64,000 bases of DNA from Sporopachydermia quercuum (Eukaryota): assembly GCA_001599295.1 (NCBI GenBank), contig BCGN01000006.1:1-64000 (forward strand), in the 5' to 3' direction. A program made the translations under genes and the position numbers. The notes beneath the pieces are model-generated. The model ran no database searches, was not told where the DNA came from, and saw only the letters and a program-made list of their open reading frames with translations. Positions 23,652-34,500 of this stretch are shown piece by piece (the first letter of the stretch is position 1; each line of letters begins with the position of its first letter).

Positions 23652-25050
23652 GATCCAACAAACACACCTAAAAACGATGATCAGGTATCAAACTTGGAGA
23701 TGATGTGACAAATGCCAGAAAACTATGGAACAAACAATACTTCTCACACAAAAACAAGAAAAAGTACGATGAAACCGGTATTGAGATCAGAAAAGAACAA
23801 TGAATAGATATACTACTTGATTACTTACATAGTAATGAGCAAGAATATATTTACTGATAAGATTTTTTTTTAGTTCTAGGTGTGTTGAAAATGTATATAA
23901 AAAATTTATTCTAACATCAGGTCTCTATATGAGATCATTCAAGATATTGCATNGGTTATGTAATCATAAAAGCTTTCTGGACACTTCTTGAATTGAAGAA
24001 TAGGACATTGGGACGGGGATAGCAACTTGTCTGGAAGATTTGTCTGCATGATAGTCGCTTTTTCGGTGCATGGAGTGCATCTCGGCGTTCCGTTAGCGTC
24101 GAATGCCGAGATGTTTGAGACAGAAGTTACTGAATATATGTGAAAGTAATATCACACTTATGACAAGAAGTGAGGGATTCTTTGAAAATAGTAATCAGTG
24201 CATATGACCTGTAGCAATCAAATCAAGAACTAGACCACTGAATTGATTGAGGAATAACAGCAGTTGCATGGGTAGAATAGAGCAATTGACCAAGATCTTT
24301 CATTGAAAGTAGCCGAACATGATTTATGGCTCAGGATTTGATTAAAATTGCCACTAGAATCATTTATGGAAACTCCCAAAATGAATAGTGATAAACTGTT
24401 AGGATAAAAAATGTCCTCATGTCCGATTTTGGCCTTTTAGTTTTCATACCTGGTTAGGTTCTTTTTTTGTTTNCCGTCTATCAACAAGCACTAAGAAGAC
24501 AAGGGTTTGTCAGATATAAAAAAATCAAGACACCCGGAGTATGCCGACTAAATTTTGTTAAGCGCAGATGATCTTATTGAGTGATCTTGAAACCTGCCAT
24601 TTACCAAATAATAGCAAAAAGAAGTATGTATTTATGAGTTTGTCTGTCTCAATAATTTTATTTTCTTTTTGAACATTCACCATTTGTCTACTCAAACAGT
24701 CTTGAAAGAAAAGTACATATTAATAACAAAGCTGATTGGTGTTGGTTTTTCTCTCAATTCTCTGAGTAAAACCGGAATATTCCGTTGAAGAATTCTAACA
24801 AGAGTTCNAAATAGGTAATACTTCATACATGAAATGTTATCAAACTTAATTTTACTAACCGAAAACACTTAAGATTTTATCCTGTACTTTATGAATATTT
24901 CCTCTTCTGGTAGTTGCTTTCAGCAAACCCTATCTTCTTCATTACTTATTCCTACAACTCTGACATTTTTTTACGATTAGGACATAAATGAAAGTGGAAT
25001 TCCGTTCCAGAATCAAGAGACAAGTAACGTAAATGATTGTAAAGAATAAA

Positions 25051-25226
25051 TTTATCAGGTGATAAGAATTTATTCAAAATAGTGATATGAGCAGTTCAGT
25101 CTTAACGTTTTTCACTATAGATGTTTACAGTGACATAATGTATTCTCAGAAGCACAAAGAATCGGCAGAGATAAGAATACAGTTTCAGTGTGAATTCTTA
25201 TCTCTGAGCTAATCCAAATCCTTATC
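25051..25226. promoter_or_regulatory. GATA (nitrogen catabolite repression) element cluster upstream of allantoinase
   Basis: GATAAG at 25061 and 25170, CTTATC at 25197 and 25221, TTTATC at 25051. Confidence 0.65.
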
Positions 25227-25902
25227 ATGTCCTGCAACCTAACATAACAAACATAACATTGTGTCAACTTTGAACCCATACTTAAAAATATTAGTACTAA
25301 ATAATATCTGAAATACTGAATTGACCATATTGCATAGTACTAAAATTTATCAAGAATTTCCATTTTAACCCAGTAACCAAAAAAACAATACCCAAATGTT
25401 AGGTCAGGTTTTCCGAATTCAAACCTTTGTCATGACAGTTTCTATGTATTCATGACATTATCTTGACCTTCCATTATGCTTCCTTCAGTTCTTTTCTCTC
25501 CGGATGACTGACTATCTCCAGCAATAATTATTTTTTCACCTTTTGTTTCCTTTTTCTCTTCTCATCATCTTTTTCGTCTATTCTGTACATTCTTTTTTTA
25601 TTTTTTTTTTTTTTGTTTAAATGGAAACTGTTTCCAAAAACATGTCGATCTCAACTGTTAGATCAATAGTCATATGCCATTCTGAAGATATTTCCGAACC
25701 TTTTACTAAACTAATTGCATTTTCCTATTGATTATATGTTCACAACGAACATAATTAGCACTATATTATCATCAACTCCATATAAATCAAATACTGAATA
25801 TCTTGCATTACTCTTTGTTATCAGTATTATACACAAATTCGCATCTACCTAACTATCTCATACCAATCACAACTTTCCGCTATACCCTCTTAGTCAGAAA
25901 CA

Positions 25903-27600
25903 ATGTCAAGAGCTATTTCATCAACACAAGTTCTTATCAATGAAAAATTGATCCCAGCTACTATTATCTTCTCATCAAGATCAGGACTGATTGTCCATAT
26001 AGTTGAAAAGAAAGTCCTAGATCACAATGATCCTATTTTATCATTATATGGTGTAGAGCATAAAAGTTATCGAAATATGGGTGATCTGACAATCTTACCA
26101 GGTTTAGTTGACGCTCACGTTCATCTCAATGAACCAGGTAGAACAGATTGGGAAGGCTTTGAAACGGGAACAAAAGCTGCTGCTGCTGGCGGTGTAACCA
26201 CCGTCATAGATATGCCTTTAAATGCTATTCCTCCTACAACCACCGTGAAAAATCTCAATATCAAAATCAATGCATCTTTAGGTAAATGCTGGACCGATGT
26301 CGGATTCTGGGGTGGTCTTATTCCTGACAATCTTGATGATTTAATCCCTTTAATTAATGCAGGTGTAAGAGGTTTCAAAGGATTCCTCATCGATTCAGGT
26401 GTTGATGAATTCCCTTGTGTAGGTCCTCGGGATGTTAAATTAGCTATGGAAAAATTAGAAGAGAAACCTTCTTTATTAATGTTCCACGCTGAAATGCAAC
26501 CATTGCACTTGAAAGTGCCAATTGTTGACGAAAGTCAGTGGCCAAAAAATGATTCTACTAGTGAACATAGATGCCATTCTCATAGTGAACCTGAAGAACA
26601 CGCAACTGCTATTAGAGAAAAATTAGAACAACTGGTTATTGATAAAAGTGATTCGGGACTTCATAATAACGATAACGTCGAAATCAAGACTAATAGTAAT
26701 GAAGTAAGAGGTATCAATGACCAGAAACTGAGAACATGGGTCGAGACCGATGAAGGAGATATCATATCACGCAAACCAAGTGTTTCCTTACTCAATGAAT
26801 TAATCGACCCAACCTCATACGATTCTTTCTTAAAGTCAAGACCTGATGAATTTGAAACAACTGCTATCAACGAAATCATTGCTTTATTGTCTAAGCATCC
26901 AAAAATCAATGTTCACATTGTGCATTTAGCAACTCATTTAGCACTACCTGCCATCATTGCAGCTAAGAAGAAAGGACTCAAACTAACTGCTGAAACCTGC
27001 TTCCATTATATATCATTATATGCAGAAGAGATCCCTTCAAAGGCCACTTTTTATAAATGTTGTCCACCCATCCGAGAGAAACATAACAGAGATTTGCTAT
27101 GGAAAGCAATAACTGATGGTATTATCACAACAGTTGTATCAGATCATTCACCTTGCACACCAGTGCTGAAGAATCTTTCTGTTGGAGATTTTTTCAATGC
27201 TTGGGGTGGAATTTGTTCAGTGGGCTTGGGATTATCAATTATTTACACTGAATCATTGAGTCAACAACAGGAGAATCCAGAATTTCTACCATTGNGCTTG
27301 GAAGAAATAAGCCGAATAACGTCATACAATACAGCCAAGCAGGTTGGATTATCACACATCAAAGGAACAATCGAAGTTGGAAAACATGCGGATTTTTGTA
27401 TTTTTGATAAGGATATGGATTTTATCGTTGAGGATAGTAAAACATACTTCAAGAATAAGTTGACCCCATACAATAATATGAAATTGAAAGGACGTGTAGT
27501 TGAGACTATCCTGAGAGGACATGGCATATATGTCTTAGGAGCTGGTCATTCTAAGTTGCCAATGGGTAATTTGTTGCTTGAACCGCGTACTGACTTATAA
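25903..27600 (+). CDS. DAL1: Allantoinase
   Basis: PGLVDAHVHLNEPGRTDWEGF, DMPLNAIPPTT, FKGFLIDSGV, KCCPPIR, SDHSPC and AWGGI. Confidence 0.96.
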   Translation: MSRAISSTQVLINEKLIPATIIFSSRSGLIVHIVEKKVLDHNDPILSLYGVEHKSYRNMGDLTILPGLVDAHVHLNEPGRTDWEGFETGTKAAAAGGVTTVIDMPLNAIPPTTTVKNLNIKINASLGKCWTDVGFWGGLIPDNLDDLIPLINAGVRGFKGFLIDSGVDEFPCVGPRDVKLAMEKLEEKPSLLMFHAEMQPLHLKVPIVDESQWPKNDSTSEHRCHSHSEPEEHATAIREKLEQLVIDKSDSGLHNNDNVEIKTNSNEVRGINDQKLRTWVETDEGDIISRKPSVSLLNELIDPTSYDSFLKSRPDEFETTAINEIIALLSKHPKINVHIVHLATHLALPAIIAAKKKGLKLTAETCFHYISLYAEEIPSKATFYKCCPPIREKHNRDLLWKAITDGIITTVVSDHSPCTPVLKNLSVGDFFNAWGGICSVGLGLSIIYTESLSQQQENPEFLPLXLEEISRITSYNTAKQVGLSHIKGTIEVGKHADFCIFDKDMDFIVEDSKTYFKNKLTPYNNMKLKGRVVETILRGHGIYVLGAGHSKLPMGNLLLEPRTDL

Positions 27601-27807
27601 GTTAGTAGGTGTTAGTGAGTGCTTATACTGTAGATACAACTTAATGAAGTATTTTGGCCGTTAAATTCATTAATTGTAGATCATAAATATGGTAGGTGGA
27701 TCTTGAGTGGATATTAGGTGAGTCATCGAGCTATTTGTTGATAATTTTCGATTATATCTTCCATAACNAATACTACAACCTAATACAATTGATATACTGC
27801 GTTATTC

Positions 27808-28950
27808 CTATATTCTTGACTCANCTCTTTCCTTCTCGTACTCAATAATTATTGAAAAGTTGTTTCGTCCTTTGGAATCTTTACCCTTGAAAAGCTCTTT
27901 CTTTGGAAATTCAGTTGCTCTCACAAAACAGTCTCCTTTCCATCTTAACAGCCAGTAAGCAAGCTTATGACTCTTTTTGCTATTTACAAGCTCGAATCCT
28001 AATGAAGTCATAATATCCATCAGCCTTTCTTCGGAGAAATACCGCGAATTGCTAACACAAGGCAATGGTAAAACTAAAAATACAGCAGGGAATGTTTTAG
28101 TTATAGCGGAGCATTGATCTTCTTCAATACTAATGCTAGATTTGAATGTTTCAGGATCTCTTAAGAATTGAACCATCCGTTTGAGCATTTCACCACGTTC
28201 AGCAGCAGTTGGAACAAAATTCAGTACTAATGAACACGATATCAGATCGAATTTACCCTTATAGCTTATATCAATGGTTTTGGAGTTGTTAATGGTTTCT
28301 GATAATGATGGTAAAGGTCTCTCCATGAAATTCTGCTCCAAGATGTGTTTATCCTGTGAGTGTAAATCAATACGACAAACAGAAAATATACTACACTTTG
28401 ATATAGCATTATTTGTTGATAGGCAACCAATTTCCAGTGCAAGCAATAANTTCCTGTTATGCTTAGAACTATTATTGGTATTAAGGATCTTTTTGATCCC
28501 CAGAGCATCTAACCATTGTAAAAGAACTTTAGATGAGTCTCCACCTCTAGTACCAGATTGTCCTTGAATTGATGCTCTTTGATATACTTCTAAGCCTCCA
28601 ATGCTTTCAATTTCTCTCTCAATTTCTACCAAACGGGAGATATCCTTTCCAGTAACTAGATTTGGCGGTTTAGGTTGACTGTCAGGTTGTGAGTTCTCAC
28701 TAACCAATGATTCAATATGAGCAGTGAGGCATGACTGATTCTTGAATACAGTTGCTTCATTTTTCAGTACTTTTTGTTCAATTTGAGCTTTCTCCTTTAA
28801 TAAAACGTGGAACCTTCTAATCAGTTTTCGCGTATTCTGAGGTTTAAATCCTTTTGGAATCTTTTTCTCAGGCAAACTTCTTGCTACAATCGATTTAGTT
28901 CTAGTTATACGAGAGCTTNAGCTAGGCCTATGTTTCTTCAGTTTCGCCAT
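27808..28950 (-). CDS. BMT2: 25S rRNA adenine-N1 methyltransferase (first ATG at 28950)
   Basis: RKLIRRFHVLLK, GGLEVYQRASIQGQ..RGGDSSK, LEIGCLS, SCSLVLNFVP, LPLPCVSNSRY and RNNFSI. Confidence 0.93.
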   Translation of the reverse strand: MAKLKKHRPSXSSRITRTKSIVARSLPEKKIPKGFKPQNTRKLIRRFHVLLKEKAQIEQKVLKNEATVFKNQSCLTAHIESLVSENSQPDSQPKPPNLVTGKDISRLVEIEREIESIGGLEVYQRASIQGQSGTRGGDSSKVLLQWLDALGIKKILNTNNSSKHNRXLLLALEIGCLSTNNAISKCSIFSVCRIDLHSQDKHILEQNFMERPLPSLSETINNSKTIDISYKGKFDLISCSLVLNFVPTAAERGEMLKRMVQFLRDPETFKSSISIEEDQCSAITKTFPAVFLVLPLPCVSNSRYFSEERLMDIMTSLGFELVNSKKSHKLAYWLLRWKGDCFVRATEFPKKELFKGKDSKGRNNFSIIIEYEKERXESRI

Positions 28951-29499
28951 AATTTCTGACCGTAGTAATGAACTTACTGCTAAGCGATTCACGTGAAAGA
29001 ACTTCACTACTATGCGATAATATTGTAAAATGGTCTCTCGACCTGTTAAATTAACTCAACAATCAATTAAAGATCGTTGACTGTTAATGACATCAGAAAT
29101 GAATCATATGTACATCTATAACTAAATACACTTCTATTTTCTGCATCTAGTTGTTCGTGAAATAGATTCGAAGCTCGCACTTCTGTTATGCGTCAGGTGA
29201 TCTCAAACAGAACTTTTAGTCAAAAATTTGTGAAATTAGATTTCTTTGATACACCCACCTGATAATTTCCTTTAGAGCACGTGATCGGATACAGTCATGA
29301 TCGCTGCTCGAAACCCTGAAACAATAAGTTCACCTTCCTTCCTACTTTTCGCTACACATCGTACATACAACCAAAGTCCGTGTTTTCATCTTTGACGTTT
29401 CTGAGTGGATTAATTAGCATGATTTGTTTATAAATCGACTGAATTGGTTTAATATCTTTAATNAGTCGTAATAATTAAGCTTTTACCCCTACATGAACA

Positions 29500-29826
29500 A
29501 TGGTATGTACAATTACCCTTCACTACTTCATCATAATTCTTCTACTAACATAACATCCTTCCATTCAGGCTGATAGATTAAGATCTCAACAACAATTTGA
29601 ACAACTGCAATCACGATATATTGGTGTTGGTAACGCTGACACTACAAAAGATGAATGGCAGTCCAATGTACACAGAGATACTTATGCCTCAATCATAGGA
29701 CATGATGCTTTGTTACAACATCTTTCCGTGGCTTTAGGGCAACCTAAGAGTATTGTGAAAATGGAAATGATAGATAGAATGGTTGACCCATTAAGAAAGA
29801 ATGAGAATAAAGAGAATAAAAATTAG
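29500..29826 (+). CDS. YSF3: Splicing factor SF3B5/Ysf3, 86 aa; exons 29500-29502 (ATG only) and 29569-29826
   Basis: ATG|GTATGT(29503)..TACTAAC(29543)..CAG(29568). Product MADRLRSQQQFEQLQSRYIGVGNADTTKDEWQSNVHRDTYASIIGH..., with the SF3B5 signature Y.G.G.ADT.K.EW..N.HRD. Confidence 0.94.
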
Positions 29827-30473
29827 AATTTATACTGTATAAGTTGAGCTGACCCTGTCGATTCCGAACTATTAGTTAGAACGGCGCGTTCAGGTATTAC
29901 TTAGGAATTACCAGTGCTGACATCTTTAAGGTAGAGTCTGTTGAGACTGTCTCGTTGTAACAATGGAGAAACATAGAACAGAAAGTTGATCGGCTGGATC
30001 CAAAATATTATGGAGATGAGATGCCAGTAGTCATGAATAACTTTATATCAAGGGCTTTATCTCACCATGAGAGTGCGACTTTTTTTCACTTACTTTCATC
30101 GTCTGAAGCCTTGCTAAATGGCTTTCCGAAAATCTACAGAACTGAATGAATAGTTCATTCTGAGAGAATATTATGACGGTCAGTTAAGGTGGTATGATTC
30201 TCAAGAAGAAACACAAATATATGGCTGAAATGATGACTTCCTAGATTATTTGTCTTGTAGCTGAACAATAACACTAATACAACAACCATGCTATAACATG
30301 GACGACATCCTTGAACACTTTGAAGTTCTCCTCAGTTGTTCAGATGATAACCAATCATTATTGTAGACTTATTACACGACTAAGGACAAAAATAAGCACC
30401 TATATTGTTCAATATGAACATAGATTCAAAGGATCCATTCATTTTCACATTATGATTATTTGATTATGATATG

Positions 30474-30493
30474 ATATATATATATATATATAT
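30474..30493. repeat. (AT)n microsatellite
   Basis: About 10 AT units. Confidence 0.85.
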
Positions 30494-31465
30494 CATATTC
30501 GCATATTCATGACAAAAGGGTTCCTAAAATTTTTTATTAACATCATCTTCAAGTAACTTATGTTTGTTTGATTTATCCAGCTACTTTCTCGTTGTGTGCT
30601 CTTGTTCTCTGTCAAGCAAATGATTTAGCTGTCAAAGTTACTGTCAAAAGAAGAATTTCAGTAAGCAAACAATTGGAATATAGAGTAGTTGAGAAAATAA
30701 GAAGTTATAAAACTTAACAGTTGCTTTTTGAGCTTCACTGGCTACACTTTCCAGCTTCAGCTTTATTTTGATTTCTGTTGTCACATAGGTAAGGCTTGAG
30801 AAAGCAAAATTGTCCTATGTAGCAGTTACTGTACTTATTACAACCCAACAAGAAAACAGGATAAAGCAATGGAAATGCTTTAACTCAAGCTGCCAGTATC
30901 CATAGCTGAATTGTAAGTCGTGATAGCACAGTTGCAACACTAGGTAAATATAAGTTTAAATTTACAGTTTCTTGTATATCAAAAAAAAATAGTCAGTCGA
31001 TATTTGATTTGTTCTAGAGAAATAAATATTCGAATGTCCTTACCTCCCTTGTTTTGTTTTGAAAACCGGCTCGCTGGTTTGTAAGATATAGAGCTCTTGG
31101 AAATTATCAATTAAACGTTACAACAAAAACCAGACAGCGGTTAATTTTTCCTAGTCATTCAATCGATATACTTGTCTACTTATCTTCTTCATCGCTCTAT
31201 TCCAATATCTCCAATCATTCTGAGAGGTGGGAAAGAAAATACTAATAATTGGAACACATCACCAGGCAACAGCTAACGATGATAGTAATGGCATACTACA
31301 GATGATATTCAATAAATACTAAGAAAATTATTTGCATTATGTAATAATGTTACAACTAACTATAAACGAGCAAAAACAACAAGTTGTAGAAAAAAACCAT
31401 ATCCCTACCATTGCAAAAGAAACAATCAAGATACATCATTTGAGACTATCAGCAACACACATCCA

Positions 31466-31497
<32 letters not shown>
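31466..31497. repeat. (ATT)n microsatellite just past the stop codon of the ABC transporter
   Basis: About 10 ATT units. Confidence 0.85.
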
Positions 31498-31550
31498 GAT
31501 TGCATCTTGCATCAACCCTAACTTTTCTCACTCAATTATCTTCCTCTTCC

Positions 31551-34500
31551 TCAGATACTCTTCTCACTATCATCCTCCTTTTCTTTCTCCTTGCTGCTAT
31601 CATCTTCATTTTTTTTTCCACCTTCTGTTTCTTTTCCTTTTCCTTTTCCTCTGCTTCGAATCCAATTAACAAACTCAAAAACAGCCTTGAGAGGATTTCC
31701 ACCTTTAATTCTGAAATAATAGAACAGTGAAACCATTGCTACCAAATTGAAAATTGTATATACAAAGAAAAATCCCAAATTCCTCCATCGATCGTCGAAA
31801 GAGATTCCGAGAGTGGCCAAATATTCATCACCCACACTGAAAGCACAGTAACTGCATAACTCTGTAGCATTCTCATCAACAATGTACCCTGTGGCATATG
31901 ATAAGAAATCATTCAAATATTCTCCACATGTCAATCCATCAGGAGGCACGATTGGCGTGAATTCTTGTGCAGTACATATAACTGCCTTATCATGTAATGC
32001 TGTTCCTAATAACGATTGGACATAGTATGTGAATGGGGAAACCTTCCACATGAATGTCCAGAATCCTGGCATGAGACTTTCAGGCTGGAAAACACCACAG
32101 AAAGATACAATAAATGTACCCAAAAAAGATGTGATAATTGCCGCAGAAGGTAGATTAGGGGCAAAATACACAATCATCAGAGAAAACGACACATAGTAGA
32201 ATTGGAACATCACGCTATAAAAGAACCAGAAAACACCGGCAATAGTTCCAGAATTGTCGATTTGAAGACAGAAATAGAAACAACAGAACGTGATGGTGCC
32301 ACCAATAATAGCATAAGGCATTTCGGCAAGGAACTGAGTCAAAGGCAATAATGACCAATGGTAGGTATTACTTTCTTTCTCACGAACTTCATAAACCTCT
32401 CTGGAGTCGATAGCTCTTGATTGAATTTGATTCATAAGAGGGAAAGAGATGATAATGACCAAAAACACGGCAAAGAGGACATTCTGCATACCAATGATGG
32501 AAGAATCAGCCTTCCAGAACGTGAAACCAATGAATAGACCAGAAACAATATGAAGCATTAATCTAGCGAAAATATAAACAGGATCGCGGAATAATTGTAA
32601 AGCGGTTCTGATGTAGATGTGTTTGAATTGAATCATGTAGGATGTGGCATAAGGCTTTGTTAACTCATGGTCCGTAGAATGATCAACGACTTTACTGGCT
32701 AATTCAGCGTTGAGAGCAGACACTTCAGCAGACACTTGAGCACATTGTTCACTGTTATTCCACACATCTGACCAATCTTGAGCAGATGTAGCAGTGGCAC
32801 CTGCTCCAATAGCTTCTAGAATATACTCAGCAGGATTCTCACTTCTCTCGCACTTTCTGGCACCATGGGATTCGAAATAGCTCAACAATGTACTAGAATT
32901 AGGGCCAATGTCCCCAAAGTACACAGTTTTACCACCTTTCTTCAACAACAACAATCTATCAAACTGTTCAAACAAAGTAGCACTTGGCTGATGGATAGTA
33001 CAAAGAATAGCCTGACCAGCAGCCGCCAATTTCTTCAAAAACATAATAATAGACCAAGCAGATTGAGAATCCAAACCAGAGGTTGGTTCATCGAGAAATA
33101 AAAGCAAGGAAGGCTTGGCTACAAGCTCAACACAGATAGAAAGCTTCTTCTTCTGTTCAACATTCAAACCAGCACCAGATTGACCAACAATAGCATCAGC
33201 ATAGGGTTCCATACCCAACAAATGAATCATTTGTTCACAGTATGCGATTTTCTCTTCATCAGGAACAGAAGCGGGTCTACGGAGTCTTGCGGCAAAATAC
33301 AAAGATTCTCGGACGGTGTATTCAGCAACATGAAGATCCTGTTGTTGAACATAACCGGTTCTTCTTTGGAAAGAAGCATCTACAGGATTGCCATTAACGA
33401 GCATATCACCAGTGATCACACCAAAGTGAATTCTTTGGGAAAGAACGTTCAATAACGTAGTCTTACCAGCACCTGATTCACCCATGAGCGCAGTCAAAGT
33501 ACCAGGCTTAACATAACCTTGAACATTATCAAGAAGCTTTCTAGTAGAACCAGCAAGAGGAATAACATAATCAACGTTCTGCCATGAGAAAACATCTTTA
33601 GATAAAAGATCAACCTCTTCGGGTTTAGCTTCTTTAGAAGTAGGTTTGGCCAATGAAGCTGCAATCTCAGCACCGTCAAGATTAGAAAGACCATTTCCTT
33701 GCATTTCAGCTTCTATTACTTGCTCTTCCGCCTCCTTTAACTGTTTTTCACTTCCTTTTCCTTTGAATACTAACTTGTCACCTTGAGCGGCCTCTGGATG
33801 GTACCATTCGGTTCCAACAGCAATAAGGAATTCGAAGAAAATCCAGAATCCAATCAAGATACCGAAATTTCTCCAAGTATGAGAATAGCTGTAGCTGTAA
33901 CTTAGCTCGATGAACCTATCACCAGATACCCAGTCTTGTCCTGGAACAGCACCCACAACAGCACAACCTTTATTGTCAATAGAAAAATTAGCATAGTTAG
34001 GACCCCAAGGAATCAAAGAAGTTCCGGCACAGAGAATCTGTTGCCCATGGAATTCAGATGATAATAAAGCTTCAAAACCATAGAAAGCCACATCAAGCCA
34101 CGAGATCCAACTAAACCACGGATGCATGCTAGGTCTATTGATCATGAATCCAGTATAAATGACCAAAGCCAAAACCAATACACCAGCAACAGCATTTGCA
34201 GGAGCAATACCTGATGAATAGGTAGCACATACTTGAAACAAGCCACCAGTGCCTAAAGTGACCAAATAAATGAATAGCAGATAAATAAAGAAAGCACCAG
34301 CTTCGCGCTTCAAATCAGTCATGAAATACACAACCAAGGAAAAGGTAATAATCGATAATGCCTTAGCAGGAACATTAGTGAAAATCTCACTCAACGGCTG
34401 AGCAGCAGGATGATAGAACGAATAAGAGTCTTGTTTACGAATAATAGGTCGTTGAGCAAAAGAATTTGATACCTCGGCAAGCGTAGATAAAGCAAAGAAA

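Noticed and set aside
24568..24913. Spliced mini-ORF using GTATGT 24624, TACTAAC 24853 and AAG 24873
   Set aside because: The acceptor is weak and the 31-aa product resembles nothing I recognise.
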